Source of the DNA: Antedon mediterranea
Taxonomy: Eukaryota > Animalia > Echinodermata
DNA: 64,000 bases
NCBI RefSeq assembly: GCF_964355755.1
Contig: NC_092670.1
Span: 10,464,795-10,528,794 of the forward strand
Direction: 5' to 3'
The notes under the pieces are model-generated. The model did not search any database. It was not told where the DNA came from and saw only the letters and a list, made by a program, of their open reading frames with translations. Below are positions 39,501 through 52,880 of the stretch, one piece after another (position 1 is the stretch's first letter; the number at the start of each line of letters is the position of its first letter). The position numbers and the translations under genes were made by a program.

Positions 39501-40020
39501 ATACGGAGATAGGGCCATTTGGGCGCCATTTTGATCTTGGGGCTGTTACCATGGTTACGGGATCGTGAAAATTGGTTACCTAGCATTTTTTGTATCCTAC
39601 CACCATATTAAAGTAGTGAAATCTCACTTTGGGCGTTAAAATCCTACGGAAATACACGATGACCCTGACTATAAAATGCATACATTATATACGTTTTTAA
39701 TGGCGGCCATCTTGGAATTCAATATGGCTGCCATATGCTATTATTATAAATTGTACCATTGGACTGATTTATCATAATATTGTAAGATTTATCACACAAA
39801 TTACGTTCGTACAAGGTTTAAAATAGGAGCTATTATCAGTTTTGAGTAAAAAATGGGGGCCATTTTGAAATCCAAGATGGCGGCCAAAATAGGGTCGGGA
39901 AAAATTGGCCCCTAGTTGCAATGAATTCTGCTGGTCCCAAGGATTCCAAAACTGCCAAGAACTCAACTTGAGCATTAAAATCTCACGGAACTGATTTTTG
40001 GAACATTAGGTTCCCCACTA
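36507..40020. mobile_element. Academ-like element with ~0.9-kb inverted arms
   Basis: TAGTGGGGAACCTAATGT / ACATTAGGTTCCCCACTA; TAA TSD confirmed by the empty site GCCATAAGGAAT at about 38101; internal remnant GGLVGGITQDE near 38360. Confidence 0.85.
37475..38287 (-). mobile_element. Helentron/DINE-1-like element, intact inner copy
   Basis: Near-identical to the outer copy; subterminal inverted repeats plus microsatellites; A-rich (T-rich on minus) flanks. Confidence 0.78.
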
Positions 40021-41330
40021 TAAGGAATATTCTGTGAAAAATTGACTTAGCTAGATTAAACTGATATCAAGATAAGGTCAGAAAGCGATAAAACGCATAG
40101 TGATACCGGACCGACAGACAGACCGACAGACAGACGGACAGACAGACAGACCGACCAACCGACCGACATAGTGAACTATAGAGTCGCTTCCACGCGACTA
40201 AAAAGTGCGATTAATAAAGTACTACTCTTCCCTTATTCGTTGTAGTATTGAGCTGGGATTTGGCATGAATATACAAAGCCATAGAGCCGGATTTTGAATA
40301 TCACTGGCTCCTTGTTTAGGGACCACTGACTAATCCTATTGAATTAGAACAGGTAATGAATGCGTTCAACGTTGCAACATTTAGTAAGGAATTTAATCGT
40401 TATTTTTATCCATAGGTTTTTTTTAAATAACAAAAAATATAATATAATGTACCACACAGTGATATATTTTTGACTAGTTAGCCGTTATTGAAGAGATAAT
40501 AGTGAAAAAAAAATCAGTAAATGTAGTAACTGCAGTAAATGCAGTTTAATAATTTTAACATGATCTATTGATAAGATAAGTTGTTGTACTGTGAGTGCAT
40601 TTGCACATTTAAATATAGTTAGATTCGTTTCAGGCCTGTAAGAAGGAATTGCGAAGTGGGAGGGCCATACAAAAAATGTACTTCATAGACAGTTTACAGA
40701 GTACTTTGCATTCAAGGTGATCACCTTTGGGCTTTACATTATATTTTAGACGCGACATCAATTGATAATCAAAAATTATCGAATGATTATTATTTGTTGT
40801 TTAAACTTTTAAATGTTGTGGTCTAGGCCTAATTATGACATAACTAGTGAAATTATGGGGCTATTTCACAAAGGCGTAGAATTATATTTTCATGAGGTTC
40901 ACGTCAATATCATTATTAGAATTGTTTTGTTCTACTTTTCAGATGTTTAGAAGCTTTTCTTTTAATGTTTGTCTAATTTCTTTAAGCTAAATTTGATGGA
41001 AAGACAGCCTCAAATTATGCTAGAACGCTGCTGTGTCTTGTGACTTTAGCCCTGACTTTAGACCCTGACGCCACCGCTGCTTAGGTACAGTACATGTCTC
41101 AAGTTCTTTCCCAGCAGTCAATTTCCTTATCATTTAGCTGTGTTTTAATAATAATAATTCTAACATTATTTTTATTATCCTTTAAATGTGATAAATGCAA
41201 AAGAAACCCTATATGTGTCCATAGATTATTTTCACCTCAAAGTACTAAGTGTGTATAAGGCCTTAAAAAAGGTTAATTCTTTGTATACTTAATGTGTTTT
41301 TAAATGTAAATATAGATTGAATATACTAAC

Positions 41331-41574
41331 CTGCAGTTCCATTGCATCCACTGATTTTTAAAGTATAGTTAGAGTCCTCAGTATCAACACGAAAGTGAGA
41401 ATATTTTGCGATCTTCATGTCATCCAAGTGGTCAGTCATCTCTATTAGAAATGTTATACGGTTGATCTGTTCATTACCAAGCCAGAACTCTGAGTTCAAA
41501 TTTCCAAAACCATCCTTGTATTCTGCCCAACTACGGTAGAAATCGACCAATCCATCTTCTCTTCTTTGTAATAC
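41331..41574 (-). CDS. FReD-2 middle fibrinogen exon (18 nt shorter than in FReD-1)
   Basis: VLQRREDGLVDFYRSWAEYKDGFGNLNSEFWLGNEQINRITFLIEM...GTA(G); CAG/GT sites. Confidence 0.87.
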
Positions 41575-42099
41575 CTGGTAATGACCATAGATAGTACTTA
41601 ATGAATAAGATAGTATTGTACTTCACTTAATAAGATGTAGAGGTATAAACGGCAGGTTAGTGATCTGGTCGGTTGTAGGTTCGAGTCCAACCCAAGAATT
41701 ACTTGTCAAAGTATTCTCAATGTAAAAGTAAAGTACAAATTATGTCATAGTAGGGCAAAACATATGACCAATTACTTAACACCCTGACGCAAGGCTCCAC
41801 AGTAGTTACAAACAATTTTTAAATTAAAAAATAAAAGATATGATCATGATGCATGACAAATTTGTAATTATGCATGTGTTTGTGCACAATGCATGTTTCT
41901 AAGATCACTTTGAAATGCAGGACCATCGCGCACAATGCGAGAAGGTTGTTTACGATGGAATAAATGAATAAAGATAAAACAATAATGACAAAACGTGAAA
42001 TGATGAAAATACGAAAAAAGTATCTTATTGTAAGAACTTGACCAATAATAAGAAGATTAATTTAGTGTATTGTAATTTAAAATTTGATATACTTATTTT

Positions 42100-44850
42100 T
42101 TTTTCCGTAAAGATCGTTCTGGAAAAAAAGGTGGTGGTGTTAGCATCTATATTAAGAATACCATATCTTATAAAGAAAGATCTGATTTATATGTAAATGA
42201 TCTGGAGGCTGTATGGCTGGAGCTATTAGGACAAAAAAGTCAAAATATTTTAATATGCTGTTTATACCGCCCTCCAAATGCAAATTATGAATATTTTAAC
42301 TTAATTATTGATTTACTTGAAAAAGTTAGTATGGAAAACACTGAAATTGTACTACTCGGCGATTTTAATATTGATTATGTCTTAAATGAGAACCTCTCGA
42401 AAAATCCTATCAATATGATCGAAAACATGTTTGTTATGACCCAGTTGATTCATGATAAAACAAGAGTTACGTCACACTCATCAAGTTGTATTGATTTGAT
42501 ACTAACAACAATTCCAGATCAGCACTATTTAAGTGGTGTTGCTAAAATAGCTTTAAGCCACCATTTTATGGTTTACAGCTGTTTAAAATTTAAGGAAAAA
42601 GAAGCTAAACATAAAACAATATATTATAGAGATTATAAGAACTTTGATGAAGGGGCATTCTTGCATGATATTTCCCATTCTCAGAAATTACAAAATATTC
42701 ACAATATTAATAACGTTGACAATGCATGGGGTACGTTTAAAAATTGCTTTCTAAATTTAAGTAATAAACATGGGCCTATAAAAAATTCAAGAATAAAAAA
42801 TAGATTCTCTCCCTGGATAACTCCTGAAATTATAAAGTTAATGTACAAAAGAGATTATACTAAAAGCAAAGTAAATGTTAATAATCCAGGATTAAAAACT
42901 GAGTATAGAAGACTTAGAAATCTGGTTAACACTAACATTAAGAAAGCAAAGTATAACTATTTTAATAATGTAAATATAAAATATAAAAATGATCCCAAAA
43001 AAATGTGGAACGAGCTAAATAAACTAACTGGTAAAACGAAATCTAACATTAGTAAAACTATTGATTGCGAACGTTTTAATGAATACTTTATCAACATAGG
43101 AGTTAAGATGGCGCAGTCATTTGACGATACGCTGCCAAGTTGGAATAATCCACCTAGTGAATATTCCTTTAATTTAATTTTATAAATGTTGATGTAAATA
43201 CCATTAAAAGGAAGCTTTATAATTTGCCAGAAAAAAATTTAGATGTTCTTGATTTTGATAGTAAATTGTTAAGGTTAGCAGCTCCGTACATTGCTTATCC
43301 ATTGTGTCATATTGTGAATCTCTCTCTCATGTCTGGTCTTGTCCCAGCTGATTGGAAAGTAGCAAGGACAACTCCTATATATAAAGGAAAGGGTAGTAAA
43401 GACAGTATGAGCAACTACAGACCAATATCTGTCGTTGCTCATATCGCAAAGATTATAGAGAGAGTGGTTCAGGAACAAATCATTTCTTTTCTTAGTTTGT
43501 TTGATTTGATTAACATTGATCAATTTGCCTTTTTGAAAAACCATTCTACTGTAACATGCTTGCACAGAGTAGTTGATGATTGGTTAGAAAGTTTTAATGA
43601 ATCAGAGGTCGTCGGCGCTTGTTTCTTAGATATATCCAAGTGCTTTGACACGATAGATCACTCAATTTTGTTATTTAAGCTTTACAAATATGGTTTCCAT
43701 GAAAATGTTGTTTACTGGTTTAGTAATTACTTAAAAAACAGAAAACAGTTTGTATACTGTAACAATAACAAATCTACACTTAAAGAAATCAATATTGGTG
43801 TTCCACAAGGAAGTGTCCTGGGACCCATCTTGTTTCTCATTTTCATAAATGATATTTCGCAGTCTATAGTAAATGGAACTTGCAGCGTTTTTGCTGATGA
43901 TGTTGTGGTTTACACCTCAGGTGATACTGCTAAGATAGTAAATGATTCATTACAAATAATTATTGATAACATTGGTAAATGGTATGATGACAACCACCTC
44001 TCTATAAATACTGAAAAAACAAAGGTTATGTTACTAAGAAACAATCATACAGCTGACAGTAATGATTTAAATATACAAATTGGAACCAGTAAATTAGAAC
44101 AAGTTGATAGTATAAGGTATCTGGGAGTCGTAATCGATGAAATGTTAACTTGGAAACAAAATACTCAATGTATTAGTAAAAATATTGGATATAAAATAAC
44201 AATGCTAGGTAAAATGGCTAGTAGTTTAAGTAAACCGTTACTTGAAACTCTATATATAAGTACAATTCAGCCTTGTAGTGATTATGCTATAACAGTCTGG
44301 GGAAATACGACAGAGTTAAACAAAAATATTTTAAAGCGACATCAAAAAAGAGCTGCTCGAATTGTAACTAACAACTTCGATTATATTAATGTAAGGGGTG
44401 ACAACATCATCCAGAACCTATCGTGGCAAACTCTTGAAGAGAAACGAGATTTCTCCCTAGCATGTCTAATGTATAAATGTGTTTACGGCCTTGCACCAAT
44501 TAGATTAGTAAATGAAATTGAATTGATTCGCGATATTCACACCCACTTAACACGTGGAGTAGAAAATTTGAATGTAACAATACCTAAATACACCCTTAGT
44601 AAAATGAATTCGTCCTTTAAAGTTGCAGGCGCAAAAGTATGGAACAATTTACCAATTAATATTAAATCGGCACCAACAATTACGTCCTTTAAGGCTAGAT
44701 ACAAATCTCATTTCTTTTCATAAAAAAACTGACATGTATTATATTTAATTAAGTTTCTCTTTTGTATATTTTGATTAAGACAGGACCACAATGTAAAACA
44801 GATACACTGTTATCTGATTGTTTTATCCTGTATAAATATATTATTTATTA

Positions 44851-44882
<32 letters not shown>
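42100..44882 (+). mobile_element. 5'-truncated CR1-clade LINE ORF2 (APE endonuclease plus reverse transcriptase) with one frameshift near 43180
   Basis: Endonuclease motifs RKDR..KGGGV, YRPP, GDFN, IDLI; RT motifs YRPIS, GVPQGSVLGP, FADD, YLG; short 3' UTR and (TTA)n tail; lies in a FReD-2 intron. Confidence 0.93.
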
Positions 44883-45427
44883 ACAGTAGTTAGGTGTTAG
44901 CTCGTAGTTAGACTTGCTCCAAGTCTGTATTGTTTTTTTAAATAATTTATTTGTTTTTATTTCGACCGCGATTTTTGTCTGAATACAGACTTGTGAAACA
45001 CGTATAGAAATCGATTTGCAGACCGCAAACAACTGATAAGAATGATGTAGGTTATCATACCGTATTTGGCTATATGGGGCAGGCGGTATGTAAATATGGA
45101 TTTCAAATCAACCAATGATCATTTTGTTTCAAAATGAAAAAGATCGAGTACGTACAGTGCTGAATGTACGATCAAGACTGTTGAAATAATGAAATCGTGT
45201 TGCCAAGTTGTTTTGTTTATTAATTGTTTAGTCCTTAGCCTAGGCCTCGCACGTATGATCTGCCAAATAAAACGCCAATAAGAGGTAGGCCTACATACCA
45301 CCACCGGCACACAAATTTAAATCAAATTATCTCCGCGTAATATTAAATGATTCATTCAATGTTTGATTTGCGCAGAAGCAAGACGAGTTTTCATGTTCTT
45401 GGGGAAAATCCCATCAAATATTTACCA

Positions 45428-45625
45428 GGATGCTAGTCAAGTCGCCCCATCGCAAAGTCGCCCCATACAAAGTCGCCCCTTACACAGTCGCCCCATCGCA
45501 AAGTCGCCCCAAAACAAAGTCGCCCCGACACAGTCGCCCCATCGCAAAGTCGCCCCAACGCAAAGTCGCCCCATCGCAAAGTTGCCCTAACACAAAGTCG
45601 CCCCATCGCAAAGTCGCCCCAAAAC
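45428..45625. repeat. AAGTCGCCCCA tandem array, probably an orphan left end of a Mutator/foldback-type element
   Basis: About 11 units of 17-19 bp; no matching inverted end seen. Confidence 0.7.
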
Positions 45626-45914
45626 GTTAAAAAAATAGTTTAAAAGTGCGTAAAATGTCGCAATGATACACAAAATAACACGGAACGTGTAGGCATAAAA
45701 GGGGAAGCCCCGCCATGTAGTCTCAGGTCACACGATCATCCCCCATCATCATGAGAGGAAGCCCCCAACTAATCACTCCGCGCGCGGTCGCACTAACGTG
45801 CTAGCTCACCACCAGAGGGAAACCCCCGTAATTACCGTTTACCAGACTACTACTAGGCATATAAAATCATTTCTAGCCTTCAGAAACTTTCATCAATGTC
45901 CCGATCAATGTACC

Positions 45915-46793
45915 TGTTATGCGCGATTTGAACGATTTGCGCAATTTGAAATTGCGCAAAAAAAATCCTTGCGCAATTTGAATTGAAACATGTGTTTCAA
46001 ATTGCGCAAGCAACGTATTAAATTGCGCAAGTAATCTGCAAACTGCGCAAGGTTTTTCGACAGATTGTGAAATCATGCACACCCATATTTATATAGTAAT
46101 TTCTAAGAATGATTCAAAATTAAAGATAAATATCGCATTTCCTTATTTTAGTAGTGCAAATATTGTTATAAGTTAGCATACCGTCGAAGAACCGACGAAG
46201 GAAAACGAAGCGGTGGTGTTCCACCAGGCGGGCGCGGCGTGGGCGGCCGGCTATACTACTCTAGCCTAGCTAGGGTCTGGACTACTGATACTGACTAGGT
46301 TACATGGCCTAGCTTAAACTAATATTAAAAACTTAATTTTTACATTTATTTTGATTTATTTCAAGTTACAGTGATAATATTATTTAATTGTAATAATAAA
46401 TGTTATGTATTTATTATACACATGTTATCTTCGCATTTATTATGTTTTATTTTGAGTTATTTAGTTTCCAATAAATTATTATAATACCGTTGTCTGGTAG
46501 AATTTTGTTGCGCAATTTGAAAATTTACAGTTCGTTTTCAAATTGCGCAAAGGTGTCATATTGCGCAAGAACTATCTTGTGCAATTTACAAATTGTGCAG
46601 CGCAATTTAAAATTGCGCAAAGATTTTTTTGCGCAATTTGAAATTGCGCAAGTTGATTGCGCAATTTGAAATTGCGCAAAAAAATCCTTGCGCAATTTTA
46701 AATTGCGCAAGAATTCTTTGCGCAATTTCAAATTGCGCAAGGATTTTTTTGTGCAATTTCAAATTGCGCAAATCGTTCAAATCGCGCATAACA
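45915..46793. mobile_element. Ginger-like MITE (TGT...ACA termini, 4-bp TSD)
   Basis: TACC|TGTTATGCGCGATTTGAACGATTTGCGCAA ... TTGCGCAAATCGTTCAAATCGCGCATAACA|TACC; arrays of palindromic TTGCGCAA. Confidence 0.75.
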
Positions 46794-47195
46794 TACCCAA
46801 GTACATTTTCTAAACGTAACATAGCGCATGCGTACCATCTTAGTTGTTGAGTCTTTGAAATTCTGAAATATGAATATTAAAACAGTGTACGAATGAGTAG
46901 CCAATCGCATGCAGCTGAAACTAGTCAACCGGATAATCTATGCACCAAGAATTCTTGGTGTCAAACCATGTGACTTTTGCGTGTTTCCCCCCAGACGGAG
47001 TATCCAAACTCAAGTAATACACGTATGAAACGCCATATGTGCAAAAATGTTTATATTTTTACTAATATTAAGAAAAAAACTCCGTCTGGAGCCCAGACTA
47101 GCTCGTAGTGTTTAACTGCGAATAGTAAGCTGCAGCCTAGCTGTATTACATTACTGTACCCTCTCTAATATCTAAATTATTGTTTTTATACTTAC

Positions 47196-47332
47196 CGTCC
47201 AACTGCCATCATCCTTCATGTCACAGTAGACAGTAATCTCTCGTCCTCCATCTCCTGGCTGTATCACATATTGACCACTCAGAGCAGAAGGATCATTTCG
47301 TAAAATGTCACCACAGTCCCTCATAAAACACT
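47196..47332 (-). CDS. FReD-2 first fibrinogen exon
   Basis: CFMRDCGDILRNDPSALSGQYVIQPGDGGREITVYCDMKDDGSWT; 137 nt, the same length and phase as FReD-1 exon 3. Confidence 0.88.
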
Positions 47333-47352
47333 CTAACATTACAATTTGTAAA

Positions 47353-48192
47353 GATTTCGATCCAAGTCGACCCTAAACCGTCTCGGCCAAAGTCAAGTCG
47401 GCCCCAAGTCAAGTCGGCCCCAAGTCAACTCGCCCCAGGTCAACTCGGCCTCACATCAACTCGGCCAAAAAATAATCGGTCAACTCGGCCCCGTTAAAGT
47501 ATGGAACGCAAAAAGTGCAAAGGAAGGGGATTGATATTTCTTCACATTTTCGTGCGTCAAAATTCAATAAACATGTCCGATATGCGAGGACATTTATTAG
47601 GTGTAATAAGATTGCTTGGTTGAATCATTGAGGTATAAAATAATGGTAACTCCATGGTTGAATCACGCGTAGATATTTTCAGTGTATGCATTTGATTAGG
47701 CGACAACATCTGAAACCAATTCGTAGCCTCCCTCTGCGCCTTTGGCAGCTATTTCAATATCTAAAACTGCTACCTGTTTTCGCTGACCGGGGGATTCACC
47801 TTTTTTAAAAATGCAAATCATGAAAAAAAACGATATGTACGATCATTTTTTCTATGGCCAAATGGTGGAACGTAGACCTACGTCTTCGATTTACTAAAAT
47901 GCGGTACCTGCTCGTGTTTTTGTAACACGCGGGTACTTCTATTCATATCGGCAATGAGATCATTTTTTTATATGAGTATTTTTTTTATTTCTTCATTTTT
48001 TTTAAAGCGTGGATAGTAATTAATAATCATAATAATATTAAGCACTTTTTGCGTTCCATACTTTATTGTGACCGAGTTGACCGATTAGTTTTTGGCCGAG
48101 TTGACGTGAGGCCGAGTTGCCTTGAGGCCGACTTGACGTGGGGCCGACTTGACTTAGGCCGAGACAGTTTGGGGCCGATTTGACCTGCACCC
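47353..48192. mobile_element. Mutator/foldback-like MITE with GTCAACTCGGCC subterminal repeats
   Basis: Inverted arrays at both ends; TTTGTAAA duplicated on the flanks. Confidence 0.72.
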
Positions 48193-49447
48193 TTTGTAAA
48201 TGATAAAAAAATATCATAAAGTATGAAAACATTCGGTTAATAGAAGACCTGCTTTATTATATAGATTGTAACGATAAAAAAAAAGTATGAAAACAATAGA
48301 AAGTTACAACATTGCATCCCACAACCTTACTATTTTGATTTTAAAATGTGGGAGGTCTAAAATTGGGTGAAGCTTTGAAAAATTGGCTTTTATTTTATTA
48401 TTATTATTTATTAAAATAAAATACAAGATTGTGACATTCTCTTTTGAGATATTGTCCGTCATTCCTGAACTCTCCTACACCTGGCATCACTGTACACAAA
48501 CAAAGTGTGAAGACGCGATCATGGTAAGACGTGATCTATACAGCTCAGCAAAAACAGCTTTTTAAACGTATTGTAATTCCTCCTTTTTCGTTGTATTTTA
48601 CTTTGAAATCATCTTTTATACATGTGTTGAATATTAAGACTTGCTTTGCGAAGAAACTCTAATCTCTGTTTAAATGTGCATTACCCACGGGCATCAAAGC
48701 ACAAATAGAGCCAACGTTAGGCTACAGAATTTGCATATACAGCTACAGCAATGGCCGGGTCTAGCATTTTTTAGATTCTCACGCAGCAGAAAAACAACGA
48801 ACAGGAATACATTAAGAAGTTTGTGAGTAACCTGCTTGACATATACCAGTATGACAAAACAGAAATACTGGTGTTTATTTTTCTAGTCCAAGTAGTGGCA
48901 GAATTCCAGACCACCTGATTCGACTACGAGAGACGTAGTACAATGAGATCTTGTGCTATGTTTTCCTGAATATGAAGGAAGGAGCTTTACATAAGAAGGA
49001 AGTTAGCCCTTCTCGCAGAGGACATACCATCGGTTATTCAATTATCAACAAGATTCCCGACTCCCGACTTAATAACGTTTTTAAACCCAGCGCATGTATG
49101 TTGAACGACTCGGCTGCAAACTGATGTACAATTGGCAAACAACAATACCGAGGACTTAATCGAGGGTTTGCGCTGTGTTAAAGAACCAAGTTTAACTCTT
49201 AACCAGAGCGATCTTAGAATAAAGACCAATGAGTGTCTACCCTCATTAGTTGCTATCGACAACATTCAATCCATTTTTCAAGCTGATACGTCTAATAACT
49301 TCATCAGCCCAAAAAGTCCATCAGTCATTATGGATTTAACAATTGAAACTTCCATTATATCTACACCCGCAGAACTTTCTCCTAAATTGTTGTCTGGTGA
49401 GTTTGGCAACCAGGCAACAGACGATTTGATATCCCAAGCAATACCTG

Positions 49448-51368
49448 TGGTCGTATTCACCAATCTCACTTAGGCTAAGGGAAATACTTACCCTTAAAAT
49501 TTTAGAATTCCCTTAACAAAGGGAAACACTTAAGGGGTATTCACAAATGAGTTAAGGGATTCACTTACCTAAGGAAAACACTTAATTTAAGGGTAAAACT
49601 TAAGGGTAAAAATAATCATAAATATTCATGAGTTGTCCCATTGTCCAATCACAGAGGATTTAATTGGACTCGCAATAGGTCTAGCCTAGATGCTACTAAC
49701 AAACCAACATTCTGTGCAGGCTTAAACCTGTCTGTATTGAGGAATATGCATCCTAGGCTGGTTACTTGGAAGACCAACAGGGGGCCTAGCATCTCTACCT
49801 AGCCTACTAGACTGGGGGATGATTTATATTACAACGAAATGAGAAGCCATCTTCCACGAAAATAATGGCAGTCAAAATAAAAACAAATAAATGAATATAG
49901 GCCTAGACTAGTTTGTATGGTAAGGATCAGCAAAAAAGGTCTAGATGCTACTCAAATCAAACCAAACATGAATCCCTAGGGTGTCACGAAACCTAAGACC
50001 ACGAAAGCTAAGACCCCCTAAGACCTAAGATCACGAAAGCTAAGACCCAAGACCTAAGATTACAAATATTTATCTTTCGCACCTGCCTTGTATTTTAACT
50101 CCCAACATTTATTCTGAATACACACCTTAGAATTGGCACTTTCATGAAAAAGAATCACATAAAAAGTAACAAATACATTTTTAAATTGATGATTTTACAG
50201 ACGTTTTTCTCGCACACAAAATGTTGACTAGCCTACAGTACAGTAGGCCTACCCCATGTTCAATGTTTTTGTTTATATGGAACGTCAAAAGAGCAAAAAT
50301 TATATAGAGGGCTGAAAACTCTGTGGAGTCCATCTACAGTGTGGATGGAACAATGTAAAATTAAAATTGTAATGATAATAGTATAATCATGCAAGTACGA
50401 GGAAATAAATACTGGCAAATAAATTTTAATTAAAAAATCATGATAAGTTTTTCTGTTTTTATACTTGTACTATTATTGTTGCTCTTTTGGCGCTCCATAG
50501 AAACAAAAACATTGAGCATGCGGAGCTCAAAGAGTTACATTACAGTATACAAAGAAACACATCTGTAAAATCATAAATTTAAAGGATTTATTTATTTGTT
50601 ATTATGTGTTTCTCTTTTTGAAAGTACTTATAAGTCCTAATTTTAAAGTGTGGTGTTCAGGATAAAGTTAGTCAACAAATTTGGAGTTAAAATACAAGAA
50701 AGGCAGGTGCGTAAGAAAAACATCTTCTGAACCAACACAATGGAGTAAATATATACAAACAAACAACCCATCAAGTTTGTTTGTTGTAAAGAAAAAATAT
50801 ACATTTACTCAACGGGCGAAAATAATGTGAGTTTATCTATGTTTTGCGGTGGTATTAAATTATATTTATGGTAATAAATAAAACCTACTGTGTTTAAAAT
50901 TATGTATGGATAAACAAGTATTGTTTTTAAGCTGTAGTATATCTTAGAATTGGTAATCTTAGGTCTTGGGTCTTAGCTTTCGTGATCTTAGGTCTTAGGG
51001 GGTCTTAGCTTTCGTGGTCTTAGGTTTCGTGACACCCTGAATCCCTAGGCTAGGCTGGTTACTGGGCACACCAACAGGGGGCCTAGCATCTCTACCTATG
51101 ACTGGGGCTGTCTACAAGTAGGCATAGTACTCGCACATACAGAATCGTCAGCACAACCAAGGTACTGAATAGTTAAGGGAACTTTTAAGGGACCTCTGAG
51201 GTCCCTTAAAAGTTAAGGGGAAAATAGACCAAGTTAAGGGTTTCCCTTAACTTTAAACCCTTTGTGAATACCACTTAAGTGAAACCCTTAATATTTTCTT
51301 GATTTAAGGGAAATTCTTAGGATTTAAGGGAAATATCTCACTTAATGTGATTTTGGTGAATACGGCCA
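49448..51368. mobile_element. PIF/Harbinger-like element with TTAAGGG subterminal repeats
   Basis: TIR TGGYCGTATTCACCAA; flanks are CTG and CAG (not identical), so exact ends are uncertain. Confidence 0.65.
49979..51037. mobile_element. Mutator-like MITE nested in the Harbinger-like element
   Basis: TIR GGGTGTCACGAAACCTAAGACC (about 85 bp); exact 10-bp TSD TGAATCCCTA. Confidence 0.88.
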
Positions 51369-51799
51369 CAGGCTCTGAACTTCCCAAATTTTCAACTCCA
51401 AATAAACCAAAGGAGGAAGTTAAAACACCACGCTTATAGACCTACGAAAAGCCTCCATCGCTTTTTCATACGTTTAGTGGAGGACTTCATCAATCTACTT
51501 CGAATGCAGCGTTAAGAAAACATATACATGACATCGGTATCCGCAGCGTCACTGATATAATTTCGCTGAAAAATCCTTGCCTCATTCTGTGTTGTGTTGG
51601 ACAATGAATCTGATACTCTGATCATCTCATCACCTGAATCGTGGCCAGACAGAGTTCGTGTGAGGAACTTTACACCTAGAAAGCCGAGGAATAACTTACA
51701 TTGCTTCAAACATCATCCTACCTGATGAGGTTGTGAAAAAGTTAAACACAATATTTAAAAAATTTATTTGGAATTAGATTGGAGCGAATATGAATTAGG

Positions 51800-52880
51800 T
51801 GGATTAAAAGTGTTCCACCTTGGCAACTATTTAGAATCTATTAGTTTATCGTGGATAATAAAATTGAGTTGTGTCTGTTGTGTCATCTGCAAAACAAGTA
51901 ATTTTTAGCTCGTTCCTGTCGTGTAAATTTTGAGGTAGTTTAATACACTTAATTTAGTCAGACTGTCTAATTTTGCAAGCAAGTGGTTCTACACCTAGTA
52001 CAAAAAGAAAGTAGAGATTGGACAGCCTTGTCTTACTCCTCTTTCGACATTAAAGAATTTAGACACATGTCCGTTATTGATTAAAATGAAGGATTTTTCC
52101 AAAGTTTAGTCTTTTGAGAACATCTATTAATATCGCCTATTAATCGAGTCAAATGCCTTTTTAAAATCAACGCATAGCATTCTCGAGTTTCTTGAGATAT
52201 CTTCAATTAGTCTTATATTTTAGTGTATATTTCTTCCTTTAACAAAACCGCTTTGATCATAACTAATAATAGAATAACTTCTCGTTACTAAGCATTTGGT
52301 TAGAATTTTATAGTCTATCTTTAAATGACTGCTAATAGGACGCCAATTATCTCGTGAGTGGCGGGGTAAATCTTTCCCTTTGTGTATAGCATTTAAGAGA
52401 TTGAGATTTTGTTAATTCGCCAAATTTTTATGATCATTAAATGCATTCACTACTTGTTATCCTACTTTAACCCAGAATCTTTTATAAATTCAGGTGAGAG
52501 CCCATCATACCCAGGGCTTTTATTATTTTCAATCATTTTTAGTGCATTTAGACATTCCTCATAGCTATACCTATATCTAGTTTCGGAAAAGTAATTCCAT
52601 CTAGAAATGATTCTATATTTTCTGTAAGAGTGTCATTTTCAGATCTATATAGTTCAGAAAAGAAACTGACCTGCATGTTTAAAATGTCAGAGTTGTTTGT
52701 GATTTCTCTGTTGAATTTGTTTGAGTTTTTTTATACCTTTTATTTTTTCTAGATTAAAAATATTTTGATGACCTTTCACCTTCTTCGCACCACTTTTCAC
52801 GAGATCTTATTTGAATGCCTCTAACTACGTGCTCGTAAAGCGTTTCATATTCCAATTTTACCTTGTTATATTGACGTCAA
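51800..52880 (-). pseudogene. Decayed Tx1/L1-clade reverse transcriptase fragment
   Basis: Minus-strand motifs in the correct order: KSPGYDGL, WRPIS...DYKILTK, DQSGFVKGR, VDFKKAFDS, RGVRQGCP, FADDT; many stops and indels. Confidence 0.8.

Larger units (their letters stand above)
35926..40204 (-). mobile_element. Helentron/DINE-1-like (HINE) element, outer copy, interrupted
   Basis: Ends AACAAGGCCAACAGCC...AGTCGCGTG and AGAGTCGCTTCCACGCGACTAAAAA; (GACA/GACC)n microsatellites; colinear with the intact copy 37475..38287. Confidence 0.75.

Noticed and set aside
36542-39975. Two similar 67-aa ORFs on opposite strands as duplicated genes
   Set aside because: They are the two inverted arms of one Academ-like element.
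41645-41700. Possible tRNA gene (B-box-like GGTTCGAGTCC)
   Set aside because: No cloverleaf can be folded; at most a decayed SINE head.
45428-46793. CRISPR-like arrays
   Set aside because: Eukaryotic context, no unique spacers and no cas genes; these are transposon subterminal repeats.
49132-49473. 113-aa Ser/Thr-rich ORF
   Set aside because: No ATG start, no recognisable domain and cut by a transposon; probably a decayed retroelement remnant that I could not assign.
49448-51368. TTAAGGG repeats as interstitial telomere
   Set aside because: Dispersed in both orientations within TIRs and not tandem TTAGGG.
51715-51750. Second CTGATGA...GAAA hammerhead candidate
   Set aside because: No stem II or stem I pairing and no NUH site in the correct position.
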